Of a DNA stretch of 42,383 nucleotides, positions 23,801 to 37,159 are shown one piece after another. The stretch's first letter is position 1, and each line of letters opens with the position of its first letter. This DNA is from Catajapyx aquilonaris (taxonomy: Eukaryota), in the NCBI GenBank assembly GCA_000934665.2, contig JYFJ02000159.1:124001-166383 (forward strand), in the 5' to 3' direction. The notes beneath the pieces are model-generated. The model had not been told where the DNA came from and did no database searches. It worked only from the letters and a program-made list of their open reading frames with translations. A program made the translations under genes and the position numbers.

Positions 23801-26149
23801 TTGTCATCTCGTATGCTGAATTGAGCAAGAGAATGGCGTCAGGATGTAGGCATGATGCCAGGATTTTGGTGGAGAAAGGTCAGCTAACAAGGGTCTCCAC
23901 ATCTGCAAAAGGATTAGGAATACGCAAAGAGATCATAGTATGACGCGAATACGGTGATCGGCTGCATTCATGCAAAGTTTTGCATGTAATTGTTGAATGG
24001 ACAAGAGTCCGGATAATTCCAGCAAAAAAATATTTTAATACAAAGAAATAGCCTACCGGTACGTCGTACGTACAAAATAAATACAATAAATCAGGACATG
24101 TCATAAAAATGGCAAAAATAATCTTCGAAAGCTACACGATTCATATGGTCCAGCCCAGTTTCTTATGTGTTAGAAGTGATGTGGTGGTGGTAGTAGGGCA
24201 GACATATATTTTTTTAGCTAAACACGTGAGGCTGGGATGAGAGATAAATCCTAGCAAATGTGCGGCATGTATGAAACGGATCAATAACAAGTATTTCCTG
24301 CCAGAAAATCCGGTGCCAACCGCCACTACTGGGTCATAGGTTGGGATGGGACAAACCTTTGATCTATTTATCACTAATAGCGCAATTTTTTACGAACATT
24401 GCACGAAGGGGGAAAAAAATATGAGGCCGAATGTCGTCAATCTATTTAATACATCTTGTACTTCGGACACCCATGTCCTACTGTCATACTGAGCCAGTTT
24501 ATGCCACCCTGTGGTATTAGCCTGTTATCTCTCTTAAATCACTGTTGCATTATACTAATGATATGCAATTTATATCCTTATCAGTAATGTGGCTACGCGG
24601 CCAACTGTGCAAAAAATGCTTCTGAATAGCCTGCCAGTCGTGACCTGATCCAATGTGGACTGTGTCCTCTGCCAAGGGAGGGTTAAGGACGTCAGAATAA
24701 AACTGCTGACGAATTAAATACCCCCTATGGTCACACTAGTCCTTCGGAGCTTCTATTCTAAGATAGGCACAAATGTCCCTGCACAATATAGTCATTCAAC
24801 CCCTTAATTTCGAAAGGATAGTTTCGCCATTTCTGCTTAGTCTTAAGATAAAAGCGACATGATCTGACGTCAGGAAGTGCCCATTCAAAGGTCAAGTAGG
24901 TTTCGAAAGTGCATGACATTAATTCGATATCTCTGCCTCTTTTTAAGTGTCATTTATTCCCCCAACTTTTCTTGGGCGTGGATAAACTTGACTCTTTTTT
25001 TCTGGCACATAGTTATTGATAAAGGAGGTCTCAAATGGATCATAAATTATTATCGGCCTCTTCCTCTTCGGGTCACATGTGGATGTTGCCACATGGCTGC
25101 GAGTGGTGCTCTTTCATTTCATCGGGAAAAAGACGCACATATATCGTCTGATATGTGACGAATCCGATATACAGATTACGGTTCGATTCCACTCTTTCAC
25201 TGTACTCGACCTATCACCATATGACATCACTAAATCATACTTTTTGCTTATCGCTACCAAAAGTGCCTATCTCGTCGAGATAAGAGCAGATAATTAACTT
25301 CATCTAAGACACTTCCCCAATCACTTTGCCAATTTGCATTGACATGTCGAGTCTTCCTGTACCAACTTCTATCATAACGAATATTATCAAATTGCTTAAT
25401 GCAAATATGCTTCAAATTTTTCCACCGCTAACATCCCTTGTCTAATATATAAAGTGCACTTGAATACTCCTGGGCAATAAGGAATTTGCTGGCGTTGTTA
25501 CGTGCGCCTCTGATTATGTTGTCTCAAGGCCGATACCAATTTAATAGCATCCCTCCCACACGTTAATCATCGGCCTTGGTTCTACCAACTAACTTGCACG
25601 ATCTCTTGTCAATATTTATTCATCGCCAAAAGGACTTTAAAGCCCTCATTTTTTGCTGTATGTACTGGCACTTAATGTTTCTCGCACTGATAATATCTAG
25701 TTCCAGCTAGGATGTCCGTCCAAGCTAGAAAATATGCTGCACGAATAAACTGGTCTGAAGAAACTGAGGCTTTTCTATGATATTAGTATAATTATAACGA
25801 TGACATAAAATGACTAATGGCAATTACTGTGGAAATCAGGCCAGCCCGTGCAATTTTTTAACAGCACAAATCTGAAAGTGAAGTGTAAAAAATATTTCGG
25901 AATTTCGGATGACAATAAATGATTGCAGACGCTCATTGTCATAAAGATGCAGGCTCATATTAAGCAAATGCCAATTCATGTTAAGCGTACACATATTACA
26001 CATATTCCTATTACGCATATATTGCGATGGAAGCTTAACATTAATCGCATGTGCACCATAAAATCTGCATGTGTTTGAAATAATCCTCTACGTGCTATGC
26101 TAATCCATATAATTCATAATGTCATTTCTTAATAATTAAGATCATGCTT

Positions 26150-26725
26150 GACACATGATGCAGTTCATCACATGACTCGTGATTAACTCACTGTACGATA
26201 TGTTATTATTTAATAATAATCACGCCTAATCCGCAGATAATGTAACTTGTCATCAAGTTTGACCGGCTCAGACCTAGAACTGCCAACGCAACATCCAACC
26301 ACCCATACATCAGACCCAGTGAACCCATTTTTTCTATTTAAAAAAAACGCCCAATCAATATCACAAAATCGTCAAAAAAACATCCCGGGTTCACGACACG
26401 GTCCCACACGTGAACACAGGCCCGGTTATAGCGGGTTAGAGGGTTGGGTCAAAGTACTGTCCCCCCCTGACGTCAACAGCCTTTCAAATATTAATATTCC
26501 CCTTCATATAAAATTTTCCCTCTCCCCCCAACCTCCTCCTTACCCCCGCCCCCCTCAATTTCTCTCTTCGGAGGCCCGCCTGGAGAAAGCCGCAGTGCGC
26601 AGGCGCTTATCCTGACTACAAATCCTGCACGCGCGCTACGTTCGACCTTACTCGGCGCCTTCTGCCCACAAGAAGATCTTCTTCTGCTGCCTCACACACA
26701 CCCGATCAACCACACGCAATCCGCA
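26150..26725 (+). promoter_or_regulatory. PHGDH proximal promoter / 5'UTR (CpG-rich, no obvious TATA box)
   Basis: CCAAT 26351, E-box CACGTG 26407-26412, full CRE TGACGTCA 26468-26475, GC box CCCCGCCCC 26544-26552, NRF1-like TGCGCAGGCGC 26596-26606, ACTACAAATCC at about 26615. Motif matches only. Confidence 0.5.
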
Positions 26726-29700
26726 ATGGCCGTTGAGATCAGGAGTGTCCTCATTAGCGACCCGGTTGACCCCCTCTGCTCCAAAATCCTAGAGGATTAT
26801 GGCATCACCACGGTGCGACGAAGCAAGCTGTCCACCAACGAGCTCATCACCGAGTTGCAGGTGAGTCTGCTTATTAATATAGCGATATTGCCTAATTTTA
26901 TAAGCATTGTGTCAAATGAATGAAACTGTTAGTCTCAAGCTAGCCCATTCAAATGTTGCGTCTGTTTTTATGCAGCACCACGATGGACTTATTGTCCGTT
27001 CGGAGACCAAGGTAACCGCCGAGGTTCTGAAGGCAGTACCAAACCTGAAACTGATTGGACGCGCTGGAACTGGAGTTGACAATGTCGACTGCGACGCTGC
27101 TACTCGTCATGGAGTACTCGTCATGAAGTAAGTTCAACCGTTGCTAATTATGAAGGGTTTCTGCATGCCTACAGTTATTTACTGAGTAGCTCCTTGTCTT
27201 GGGATCGACACGGATACTTTATAGAACAATCAAGCAAAAAAAAATCGTTAGTGATAAAAACACAGGAATGAAAAGTATACAGCCTCGATATTACGTTATT
27301 GCTCCACGAACAGCTTCATTAATTCTAAACTACAGTGTATCCGGTAACATGGTTTAATTGCCCTTCCCATACACCACGTGAGTGCTTCGTTTGAGAAGGC
27401 AATTTTCAATGAATCTGAATAGATGTTCCTCTATGTATCATGTTAGCCGTGTCTTTAATTCATGCAAGAAAATAAATCACGCCATATAGTTGGCAGTACG
27501 ACAGCCTGGATTGATTCATTAATAATATACTCGTATCTATAGAATATAGGCCTATTCGTTGTGATAGGTTCGGGAAATCTAGATGAGCTTAACAAGCCTC
27601 GGACTTCCCAGTGATAGCCTTGATCGCCGTTTATAACATGTAAACAAACGTTGCAATATGCATCGGAGCTACTTTTATCAGCTTAGCACGCACAATGGGT
27701 TATCGCGTTTGTGAGGGTTGGGGGAGGGGGAGGGGGGTCCGAAGAAGGTGACCCTTCGGTGGGCCAAACCTCCTTATCACGAAATACCCCCTGAGATATG
27801 AGGCGTCTTTTTTTTTTTTTTGAAAAATATGATTGCACGTGTAATAGGCTCAATTTTTATTATGTCAAGCGCAAGGGCGGCCAAGGGCAATTCATCATCA
27901 GTGTCCTTCAACATGATATGCCAAGGGCTGAGGAATGTAAAAAAAAGAACATCAAATTACAATTCTCCTGAAGTGATGATAGGCCCCAAAAAGGAGGGGG
28001 TTCATGCCAGATTCACGTGACTTGGACATCTCTCTGGCTCCGAAAAGTCTCAGATGGTTGCATTAGGTGAGCTCGTGACCAAGTCTTGCCTTCAAAACAC
28101 GTAGAGCGTGTTTTGCATACGAAATGATGCTGAGAAGGAACAGCCGGATTGCCAAGAACACCCGGAGGCACATGTGGAACCGGAACGCGTAACCGCTTTT
28201 TCTGGTTAGAACCGGCTAAGTCCTCACCTATGCCCTCTTGGTCATTAACTAACATTCTCTCTCTCACTTTTTTTTTGTCTGGTTCTCTCCTGGGACCCGC
28301 TTTCCAATGTGGGACCCTCTTGGCACGGGCCACCGTCTTGCAGTACACGATACAGTTACACACAATGTACCCTGCGAGATGGGATGATTAAAGCATTGAC
28401 CTTCTCAATTAACGTGGAGCTTGCTGTGCAAATGTTGCAAATTATTAGGCTCCACATCTCGTATGCGCTGTTGTGCTACTACTAAAATAATAAGAAAACG
28501 AGTAGTACAAATGTAATATAACATCATTTACTGCAAAATGAATTGGAGCGCAAACATGTTTGCAACAAGAGTAGACAAGAGTGTCATCCAACCTCTCATA
28601 AAATTCTAGCAATTTTGTACCGAGTGACCTGACAAAATGCTTATAGCAGGCCAGGCTGCTGTTTGAACAAAGGGAGAGAAAGTATTGCAACGTAGGATGG
28701 AGTAAAAGCCAATGACCCTGTAAATCGAACACCCTTCTCTTGCCATCAGTATGAGTCACTAAGGCGCAAATGACAGCATTCCATTCTTGATGCATGCAAC
28801 AATTCATAAAAGGCTGCCCAGTCAACATCCTTTACGATGCTATAATCTACATGCACATGCCCCATTAACAGAAAAGACGTCAATGAAGTAAAATGTAAAT
28901 TTGTAATTTTTTCCAGCACCCCTGGAGGCAACACTTTGAGTGCTGCAGAACACACCTGTGCCATGATCTCTGCCCTGGCCAGGCACATCCCACAGGGCTA
29001 CAAGTCCCTCAGTGAAGGCGAATGGAACCGCAAGGCATATGTGGGGTCAGAGCTCTATGGAAAGACCCTGGCCATCTTGGGTCTGGGTCGCATAGGAAAG
29101 GAAGTCGCCACACGCATGCAGGCTTTCGGCATGAAGGTATGGTCAAGGCAATAGATAACAACTAGAATGATAACCTCAAGAGATAAAATGTACCCCCCAA
29201 CAAAAAGCAGAAAAGGAGGGATCCCAATATTGGAGATACAATTACCATCTAGAATGATCATATTCATAGAAATTTTATTTTTTTAAACCACAAATCTGTC
29301 AGGTATTTTTTACTGACCTGCCTCATTGTCACTTCCAGACCATCGGATATGATCCCATCATCCCTGCAGAAGTAACCCGTGAATTTGGTGTAGAGAAGAT
29401 GGAGCTAGAAGAAATTTGGCCTCAGGCTGACTTCATCACTGTCCACACTCCCCTCATTCCTCAGACAAAGAGTAAGCATAGGTTACCAATATAACAACAA
29501 TGGTTTAAAAATTTAAACACCACAAATGTATCCTAATTAGCCAACTTATTTTCCAGACCTCCTGAATGACACTGTATTCGGCAAGTGCAAGCGTGGTGTC
29601 CGCATTGTGAATGTGGCCCGTGGTGGAATCATTGATGAGCAAGCCCTCCTGCGTGCCCTGGAGAGTGGTCAGTGTGCAGGAGCAGCCTTGGATGTATATG

Positions 29701-30875
29701 CTGAGGAGCCCCCAAAGAGCCCATGGTACTTTGAGAAGCTGTTTGCCCACCCCCGCCTTGTCTGCACTCCTCACCTTGGAGCCAGCACTGTGGAGGCCCA
29801 ACTCAGGGTTGCAAGAGACATCGCAGAGCAGTTCGTTGCCCTGGCACAGGGAAGGGAAATGATTGGAGTTGTGAATGCACCCAACTTGAGCCGTTCCTTG
29901 GCACAGTCCCACAAGCCATGGATTCAGCTGGGGCAAGGCCTTGGGTTCCTCTCAGCTGGTCTGTCCGGAATGGCCAATGGTGCCAAGAAAGTCACTGTCA
30001 AAGTCACCACATATGGTTAGTTTAGTCGTCATCATTGCATTTTTGTGGGTTTGTCTGTGGGTTTCCAGCCATAATTTTGATGAGACAATATTAATGGAAA
30101 TTCATAGCCTCATGTATTGCTATCACTCCTTACTATAAGCATCATACTAGGGGGAAAAAACAAAAACTTGATTTTACAATCAATTACAGGAAAAGCACTG
30201 GACAAGAGCAACTTCTTGTCAGCTGCTGTGCTGGTCGGCCAAATGAAGGGAATGACAAGTAATGGCGTCAACTTGGTGAATGCCCCCACCCTGGCTGAGG
30301 AAGCTGGAATCACGGCCACTAGTACCCATGAGGATGTGGTTCCCATGGATCTGCCTGCTGAAGCTGCCCTCAAGGTTGATGTAAAGGTTGATACCACCTC
30401 CTACACTGTCTTTGGAGCTGTGGTGGGCACCACTCCAACCCTGTTTTCTGTAAATGGGGCAAATATTGAGGGTGGAATGGCCCTATCTGGCAACATCCTG
30501 TTCTTCATGGGACAAGACAAGCCTGAGGGAATGGCTGGAATTATGGGTAAGCTGTTTTCATTGTCTTATTCAACTGATATGTATGTCGCAATCTCACTAA
30601 GATGCAGAAGAATACTGCTGAGGCTGAGTTTAGCAATGTCCATATTATCATATGGCTAGTAATGTTTTACCCCCTAGAAACTGATTATTACAATAAGGGA
30701 ACATTACATTACAGCATCCCTGGCTCAGAAGAATGCTATGGTGACTTCTCTGTTGAGGTCAGCTCCTCTGGCAGCCAACAAAGTATGGTATGCTGCCCGT
30801 ACCAGCACCAAGATCGAACAACCTAACCAACTGAATGTGGCTCACATCCAGTACATTACACAGCGTACTTTTTAG
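26726..30875 (+). CDS. PHGDH: D-3-phosphoglycerate dehydrogenase, type I with ASB and ACT domains (7 exons, 538 aa)
   Basis: Exons 26726-26860, 26976-27127, 28917-29136, 29339-29471, 29557-30015, 30190-30546, 30715-30875. All GT-AG; 1617 nt, open frame. Motifs [43 protein letters not shown], Rossmann [14 protein letters not shown], catalytic Arg (NVARGG), Glu (DVYAEEP) and His (PHLGAST), VNLVNA. The last exon is the least certain. Confidence 0.97.
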
Positions 30876-32206
30876 ATCTAGAATCAGGCAGTGAATGGCC
30901 CAGCTTAAAAAACTATAAGGAAAGGCTACGAAGTTAATTCGTACATTTCTCACTCATTAAGAGTATTATTGTATTAGTCCTTAATTTTATTTCAAGTCAA
31001 GACCATGTTATAATATATTTTCAGTGTGTTGCGTTATGATAGAGTGTTGTGAGGTCTCAGAGAAAGTAAGTCGAAGAAAATGTAAAATAATAATCTACTC
31101 AAAATTGAATTAAATTATTTGATGAATGCAAGGATCGATTATTAGAACCTCTAGAAACATAATGTTACTCTCATTGTTAGAATATTAACATAAAACATTT
31201 TGTCATTATCCCTTTTTTAGTACCGAACTATTATTTGCACATTGTTATCTTACGATATTAATTGATTTTACGAATAACTAGTGTAGCATTAGGTACAAGA
31301 AATAGTTGGATAAGGCTGGGGATAGATTTCACACATGAAGATCACTTTTCCCAATAAAGACCCCCTCTGAAAACATGTTGTTCACTTTTAAACATTTTAT
31401 CCCAAGGCTCATTGCACCTACCGCATCACCATAATACATCATGATTGATTGTTGTAGTGGCAAAAATCCCATGAACATTCCGGATGCAGGTTGGCATCTT
31501 GGCTGGACTGCCCCTCCGCATGTCGTCAGGAAAGGATAAGAGTATTTTCTACAATTATTACAGCCCTTCACTCCTCTTTGTGTCACAGAGTATTGTTCTT
31601 GCAAGTTTACAGGAGTGTCATTTTAATGCGCAGGTAACCTATGACCTCTTAAGAAATCATAAGTGATTTTTAAAAATAAATATCAAAAGTAAGTCATGTA
31701 TAAAATATCCTTATAATTTTTGTCAGAAAGTGGAACTTTGTGAATGTATTAACATCAGGAGTATACTTATTCACCAGAACTTATCTCTAGAAAACAATCG
31801 CATATGTATACAGTGTGCAGATAATTATGTTACTTTGCCACTGTGAGCAGGTCATCCGGAAATCATTTACAACTGATCAAATAATTGCTGTCCCTTTATT
31901 CATCAGAAAATAATAATTTCTGCCTCCATTGCAGTAATGCACTAACTGTAAGACTAGAAAAAGTTATAAACTGGATGCAGAAGAGGAAAAAAACCAGTAG
32001 GGCTTTGTTGCAAGTGAATGTACTGTAACTAACTCCAATCAGCCTGCCAAATGCCTGCCATTTAGTAAATAGTAGAGCATCGCTACCTGTGTATTTCCTT
32101 ATAGGCAAACCAAACAAAAATTTCACACAGTAACATGCAATCAGAAGACATAACTTTAATTTTTTTTATAAGTGACATAATGGCCACATTTCGAACACCC
32201 TATCAT

Positions 32207-32668
32207 CAGCGCCGGATTTACGGCAAGGCAACCTAGGCAGTTGCCTAGGGCGGCAGATTTCAAGGGGTGGCAACTTTAGGCGTACACAAATAAGTAAATG
32301 AATAATGAATAATAAATAATTACAGGACTGGAAGCAGTGCTGGATTTAACATATGGTAGAGTAGGCAATTGCCTAGGGGCGGCCGTGAGTTGCAATAAAT
32401 ACAATAATAGGAATTAAAGGCATAATCATTTTAAAAATTCAAAATTTTCACTGGGGGAACCCCAGCGCCGGATTTGCAGCCAGGCAGAAAAACCTAAGGG
32501 CAGCCACCTTCAGGGGCAGCCATAAGTTGAAATATAAATTTTAAAATAAAATGAAATGAAATGAAGGAGAGAACTCGAGACAATTTTGAATTTTTAAGTG
32601 GCATGGGGGAGTGGGGGGGGATCTCAACTTCCTAGGGGCGGGCAGCCTGGGGGGTAAATTCGGCACTG
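32207..32668. mobile_element. hAT-type MITE with internally repeated left ends, 462 bp
   Basis: TIRs CAGCGCCGGATTTAC / GTAAATTCGGCACTG (13 of 15 match). 8-bp TSD CCTATCAT (32199-32206) / CCTACCAT (32669-32676). Further left-end-like units at 32335 and 32463. Confidence 0.85.
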
Positions 32669-33606
32669 CCTACCATTCAGGGAATGTCAGACAAAAAGGA
32701 ATATTCAGCAGTTCAGGTACATGCAGAAGAAATATCATATACCCCAAATATGTCACTGAGAAAATTGCACTGCACTACTAACAGTGTATCCAAATGGGCA
32801 TATCTTAACTGTTTCAATGAGCTGTTAGCTACACTGCTACAGCCCCATTGGTACAGAATAAGAAAATGATATTTGGATTTTGGAAAGCTGCTCTATCATA
32901 ATTTGGTTTGTTGAGTGATTCGATTGGCATGAAGCTTGGTCAATCACACTTAAGGATGCATCACTGACAAATATCCAGCCAATTAATCAATAATAATGCA
33001 TCTCATATTAATATCATTTGCCATCAAACTAATAAAGTTAGTGATCACATTAAACTGGTGCTGTAATGTCAAGTACACTTCATTATGAATAAACTGTAAC
33101 ACTTTGCAACATTCTTGTAATAAGTATGCTGAAAAAAGTATTTCATCCTTTGTCAGTAACATTATGCAAATACTTAAACTATTGAAGAGGTGCGATGTTC
33201 ATTACTATCATTAGTATCTATATTACGAAGATTGTTATAAAAGTTTATATTTTACTTCATCCATGTGTTAGAAATATCAAAACAGGCATTCTGGGATTTC
33301 AGCACTTCAAAGCCTTTATTTTCTTAAAACCATTACATACATAGTATATTACTTCCTTTGGCCTCTAGAATATTATCCTAAGTCTTCCCAAGGTGGCACT
33401 GGACCACAGGAGATAAAAGCTACGTTATTCTCTAAGCCCCTAGGTCTAGAGGATGTTGAAAGGTCAGTGTATTTCTAATCACTTCATTAACAAAAAAAAA
33501 TTACAATTATCTTGAAGAATATCAGATATGGCTTAATCGTTGAAGTCACATTCTCCCAGAAGTTATAGAAAATTAATTATCAATTCCAAAGTTCAGCTTT
33601 CCTGCC

Positions 33607-35057
33607 TTATATGCTGTCATATGTAGGTTGCCCAGCTGCTGCAGGTGACTTGCGTGGACGTGACACAGTGAATTTTACTCCGTCCTTTATAAAAAGCGAA
33701 TAATATTAATAAATAACACAGTAGCAACATTTAAATGTTCTTTTACCAAAAAAGGGAGGATTTGAAATAAATGCATCCTAGAAACTCCTGGCCACAACAC
33801 CATACATTATTATAATAGCATTAATAGGAGATGATTGAAACGACATCACAAGTTGAGTTTGTGGAAACTTTACAAATCCCTCCTTGCGCGAATTTCAGCA
33901 CACAAGGTCTTGATAACCACAAAGTGCATTCAGTATTTAAACTCCTCAAAATCACAATGTTCTTTAATAACAGCAACAGGAATTATCTAAGTTTACTTAC
34001 CATGACTGTGTCAGGCATCTTCTTCCAAAATTCATAATTTGGAATAATTTCACGCCCATGTGCTCCTTTGACAAACTTGTTGTACGTAACACCAGCAACA
34101 ACGTAGAAGGCTATCAAACTGACAAATCTAAAAAAAAACAGAAAGTGATTATCCAGAGCCATGGCAATTGACAGGTCACATGCATATCAGCTTCCAACTT
34201 ACACAATCACAATTACACTGCCAGTAGACAGATTTGAGCTTGCCGAGCTATTCACTCCTCCATTAGGCCCTGCAACATTTTGCAACAAGGGACACTTATT
34301 TGGGCAGCCACATTTGGATTTCACGTCAAACTTGTACCAATTTTGCGAAGAATTGCGAGACCGGGGGGCAAAGATAGGATCCTCTGCATTCATGTCACAG
34401 TGAATGAAGATTGTGACATTTCTACAAACCGAAGTCATAAGTAAAATATTATCGTGAATATGAAAGTGTATCACCACAAATAAAAATCACTTACATGTTG
34501 TAATGATCATTAATGTACTCCAGAATTAACTGCTCTCTCTCATACCAAAAAGCTTTCACCTTTCTCCAAAATTCAATCATGCGGCCCTTTATCTCCAAGC
34601 AAAGCTCACTTTGTTCACAGCGAGAACTGTAATATTCATACTTCTTCCTAGCAACATGGACTTTGCAGGGAAAGTAACTAGCTTCTATGATGTCCTCTCC
34701 ATCCCTTTCCGACAAAGCTGCTTTCAATCTGTTCAGAAAATAAAACATTATATATCAACATACACACAAGCTACAGTGTAGCATCATTCATACTAAATGA
34801 TCCGAGAGAAAATGTTATGATAAACATACATTTTTATTTCAACATATAATGTTGCTCATAGTAAAATAATCTACTTACACCTTTGGATTTCCGTCATGCC
34901 ACTGATGCCAGTTGAACAAATTAAATTCTCCCAAACCATTGGATATTGTACAGTTGCAAGGATTCTCTTCCATACATGTTACTTCACTAGCAGTGTCAGT
35001 ACCATATATGCTTCCAACCAAAAATGAAACGACGATCACAGTGTTTAGAGCCCACAT
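33607..35057 (-). CDS. CD-MPR (M6PR)/ATG27-like type I membrane protein, copy A (5 coding exons, 278 aa)
   Basis: Minus exons 35057-34879, 34728-34495, 34421-34203, 34127-34001, 33684-33607. All GT-AG; 837 nt, open frame. Signal peptide MWALNTVIVVSFLVGSIYG; Cys-rich MRH-like lumenal domain (C..NPCNC..GLGEFNL, YFPC, C...LC, VTIFIHC, YKFDVKSKCGCP); LSTGSV plus TM; tail GAHGREIIPNYEFWKKMP...DGVKF...TYDSI*. AATAAA on the minus strand at 33320-33315. Confidence 0.88.
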
Positions 35058-37159
35058 GGTTAATAAGGTCGCCACTCAATCTGACTGCACAATTTATAGC
35101 ATTGGGTGCATATGCACTGCGTCATCCTTGTTCTGATAACCTTATCAGATGGCAAGACAATTGAGTTTACCATCCTCATGTGACTGATCCTCCTCGAGAG
35201 ATTATTATTCACATGACAGGTATTTGGCAATATTTGCAATAACATCACAACAAACTGCACTTCTGACATTCTTAAAAACAAACTTTATGAGGCAACAAAT
35301 GGGACGGTTGTTCAACATGCTCTGGCATTTACAATGTTGAAATATCATGAAATTCCTCCCAGCTGCATAGGCAACTTGTGCACCTCTTCCAGTGCTCATA
35401 CATGGCAATTTGCACATTTAATATTTTATCCCTCCGTATATTTGGACCTTAAAAGTTATATCACATGCTTCTGTCACAATGAATCTGGTGCACCTAATAT
35501 CACACTGAAGCATGGAAGAAGGCATCAACATTTGCAAATTCGCATGCCTGATGCTCACATACAGTTCTGCAAAAACATTGTTTTGGAGTTGCAGATCCAT
35601 TACGCCAGCAAAAATATTACATATCCTTATACACATAATTTAAAAAGTACATCAGTCCCTGCCATAAGCACTACATTTTGGTTTATGTCTGTCGCATCAC
35701 AGATCCCCAGTTCTCGAAGCTACTAACTTTCACTATACCCTGCAGAGTGCATGAGCATGTCAATGTAAGTGATGAGAGTATGAACGATGTATGCCATGCA
35801 ACCTTCAAGAAAACTGTCAAAAAAATTTTGCTTTGTAGACAATATCAAATATGTTATTGTTATCTACCAAGGTTAAACCTCAAAACGGAATATTTTGAGA
35901 TTCTGCATAAAGTATTAATTCTAGTCAAGTCCACATTTCTTGAAATAATGCTGCAGATATGTACCATTTTCACTCTCATCACCTCAACTGGCCTGTACAG
36001 TCTCATAATTCTTTACATTTCACAATTCCACTTGTCTTAATAATATTGCAAAACAGAAATAGAAATAATAGGAAACAAATTTGAATCATCACCACAAATG
36101 AAAAGGCCCACAAATCTGTGTAAGAACTCAGATTTTGAAGATGACTCAATAACATTCATTACAATTCCATTAATTTTTTGAAAGGTATTTTTGCAATCAA
36201 CACAGTATGCATTTAATGAGTTGAGTGATGCTTCAAGTGGCAATTCAGCACCATCTTCGTTACTGCCACACAGTGAATGACAAACTACATAGCTTTAAGC
36301 CAATGTTTGCAGTAAACCTGAAATGTCTAGCTCAAAGGCTTCCTTTACTGAATCGCTAAATTCCTGGGTCATGTTTAAAAATTTAAAAAAAGTGGTACGT
36401 ACTCTCCTAGTAATGCTGCAAACCAAGGTAACATAACATCTGACAACTTCTACATCATCCTGCATATTTTCAGAGTAATTTAAACTGTTCATGGCAAAAA
36501 TACCTTTCAAAGGCAGTTACAGTAAAAATAACCAAACCCATATTTAATTATATTTGACACGAATATTTTTAGAAGTGAGAGAGTCTGGATTTTTTGTTCA
36601 GCATGCAAATTAAAACCATCTGAAAAAACTGTCACCGCCAACATGAAAGAACTTGCAGAACAAACAAATCCACTATCAACCTCAAAGTTACAAAAAATAG
36701 TGCATTATGAACGAAAAAGAAAAACTAGTCCAACAAATATGTCATGTCACATCGTTGTAAATGCATGTACTTGAAATTAATGCTGCAGCATGGGAAACTA
36801 CTGCAGCTACTCATTTACATCAAATATGATACAAAATGCCACAATATAGAGGTTTCTTTTCACTCAATGGAATATGACTGGATGAAAATGTTACATTACT
36901 CAACACTTACAAACAATACAGCATCAAGTAATAATTCCTTTCAGCAACATCACATCTATTTACAAAATTAATGTAGCAATAATTCCTGATGTAGCAAGTT
37001 AGTCCCGATGACGACTTACATTTAAGGCACATTACAGCAATTTTATTACTGACTTCAGCCGTTTCAAGGTTAAACTTCCAAAGAGCAGGCACTTTTTTTC
37101 TAACCAGATTAGTTTAGGCAACATTTCCCTGAGTCCAAAATTTTCAGAATATGTCGACT

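Noticed and set aside
25150..25420. Possible plus-strand LINE remnant upstream of PHGDH
   Set aside because: Only vague similarity spread over several frames; not supportable without a search.
27970..28135. C/D-box snoRNA in PHGDH intron 2 (GTGATGA at about 27973)
   Set aside because: No suitably placed CTGA D box with a terminal stem was found.
35300..37100. ORFs of 60-130 aa between the two receptor-like genes, and similar ORFs in other spacers
   Set aside because: AT-rich, mostly non-ATG starts, with no recognisable motifs or consistent exon chain. Most likely UTR or intergenic sequence.
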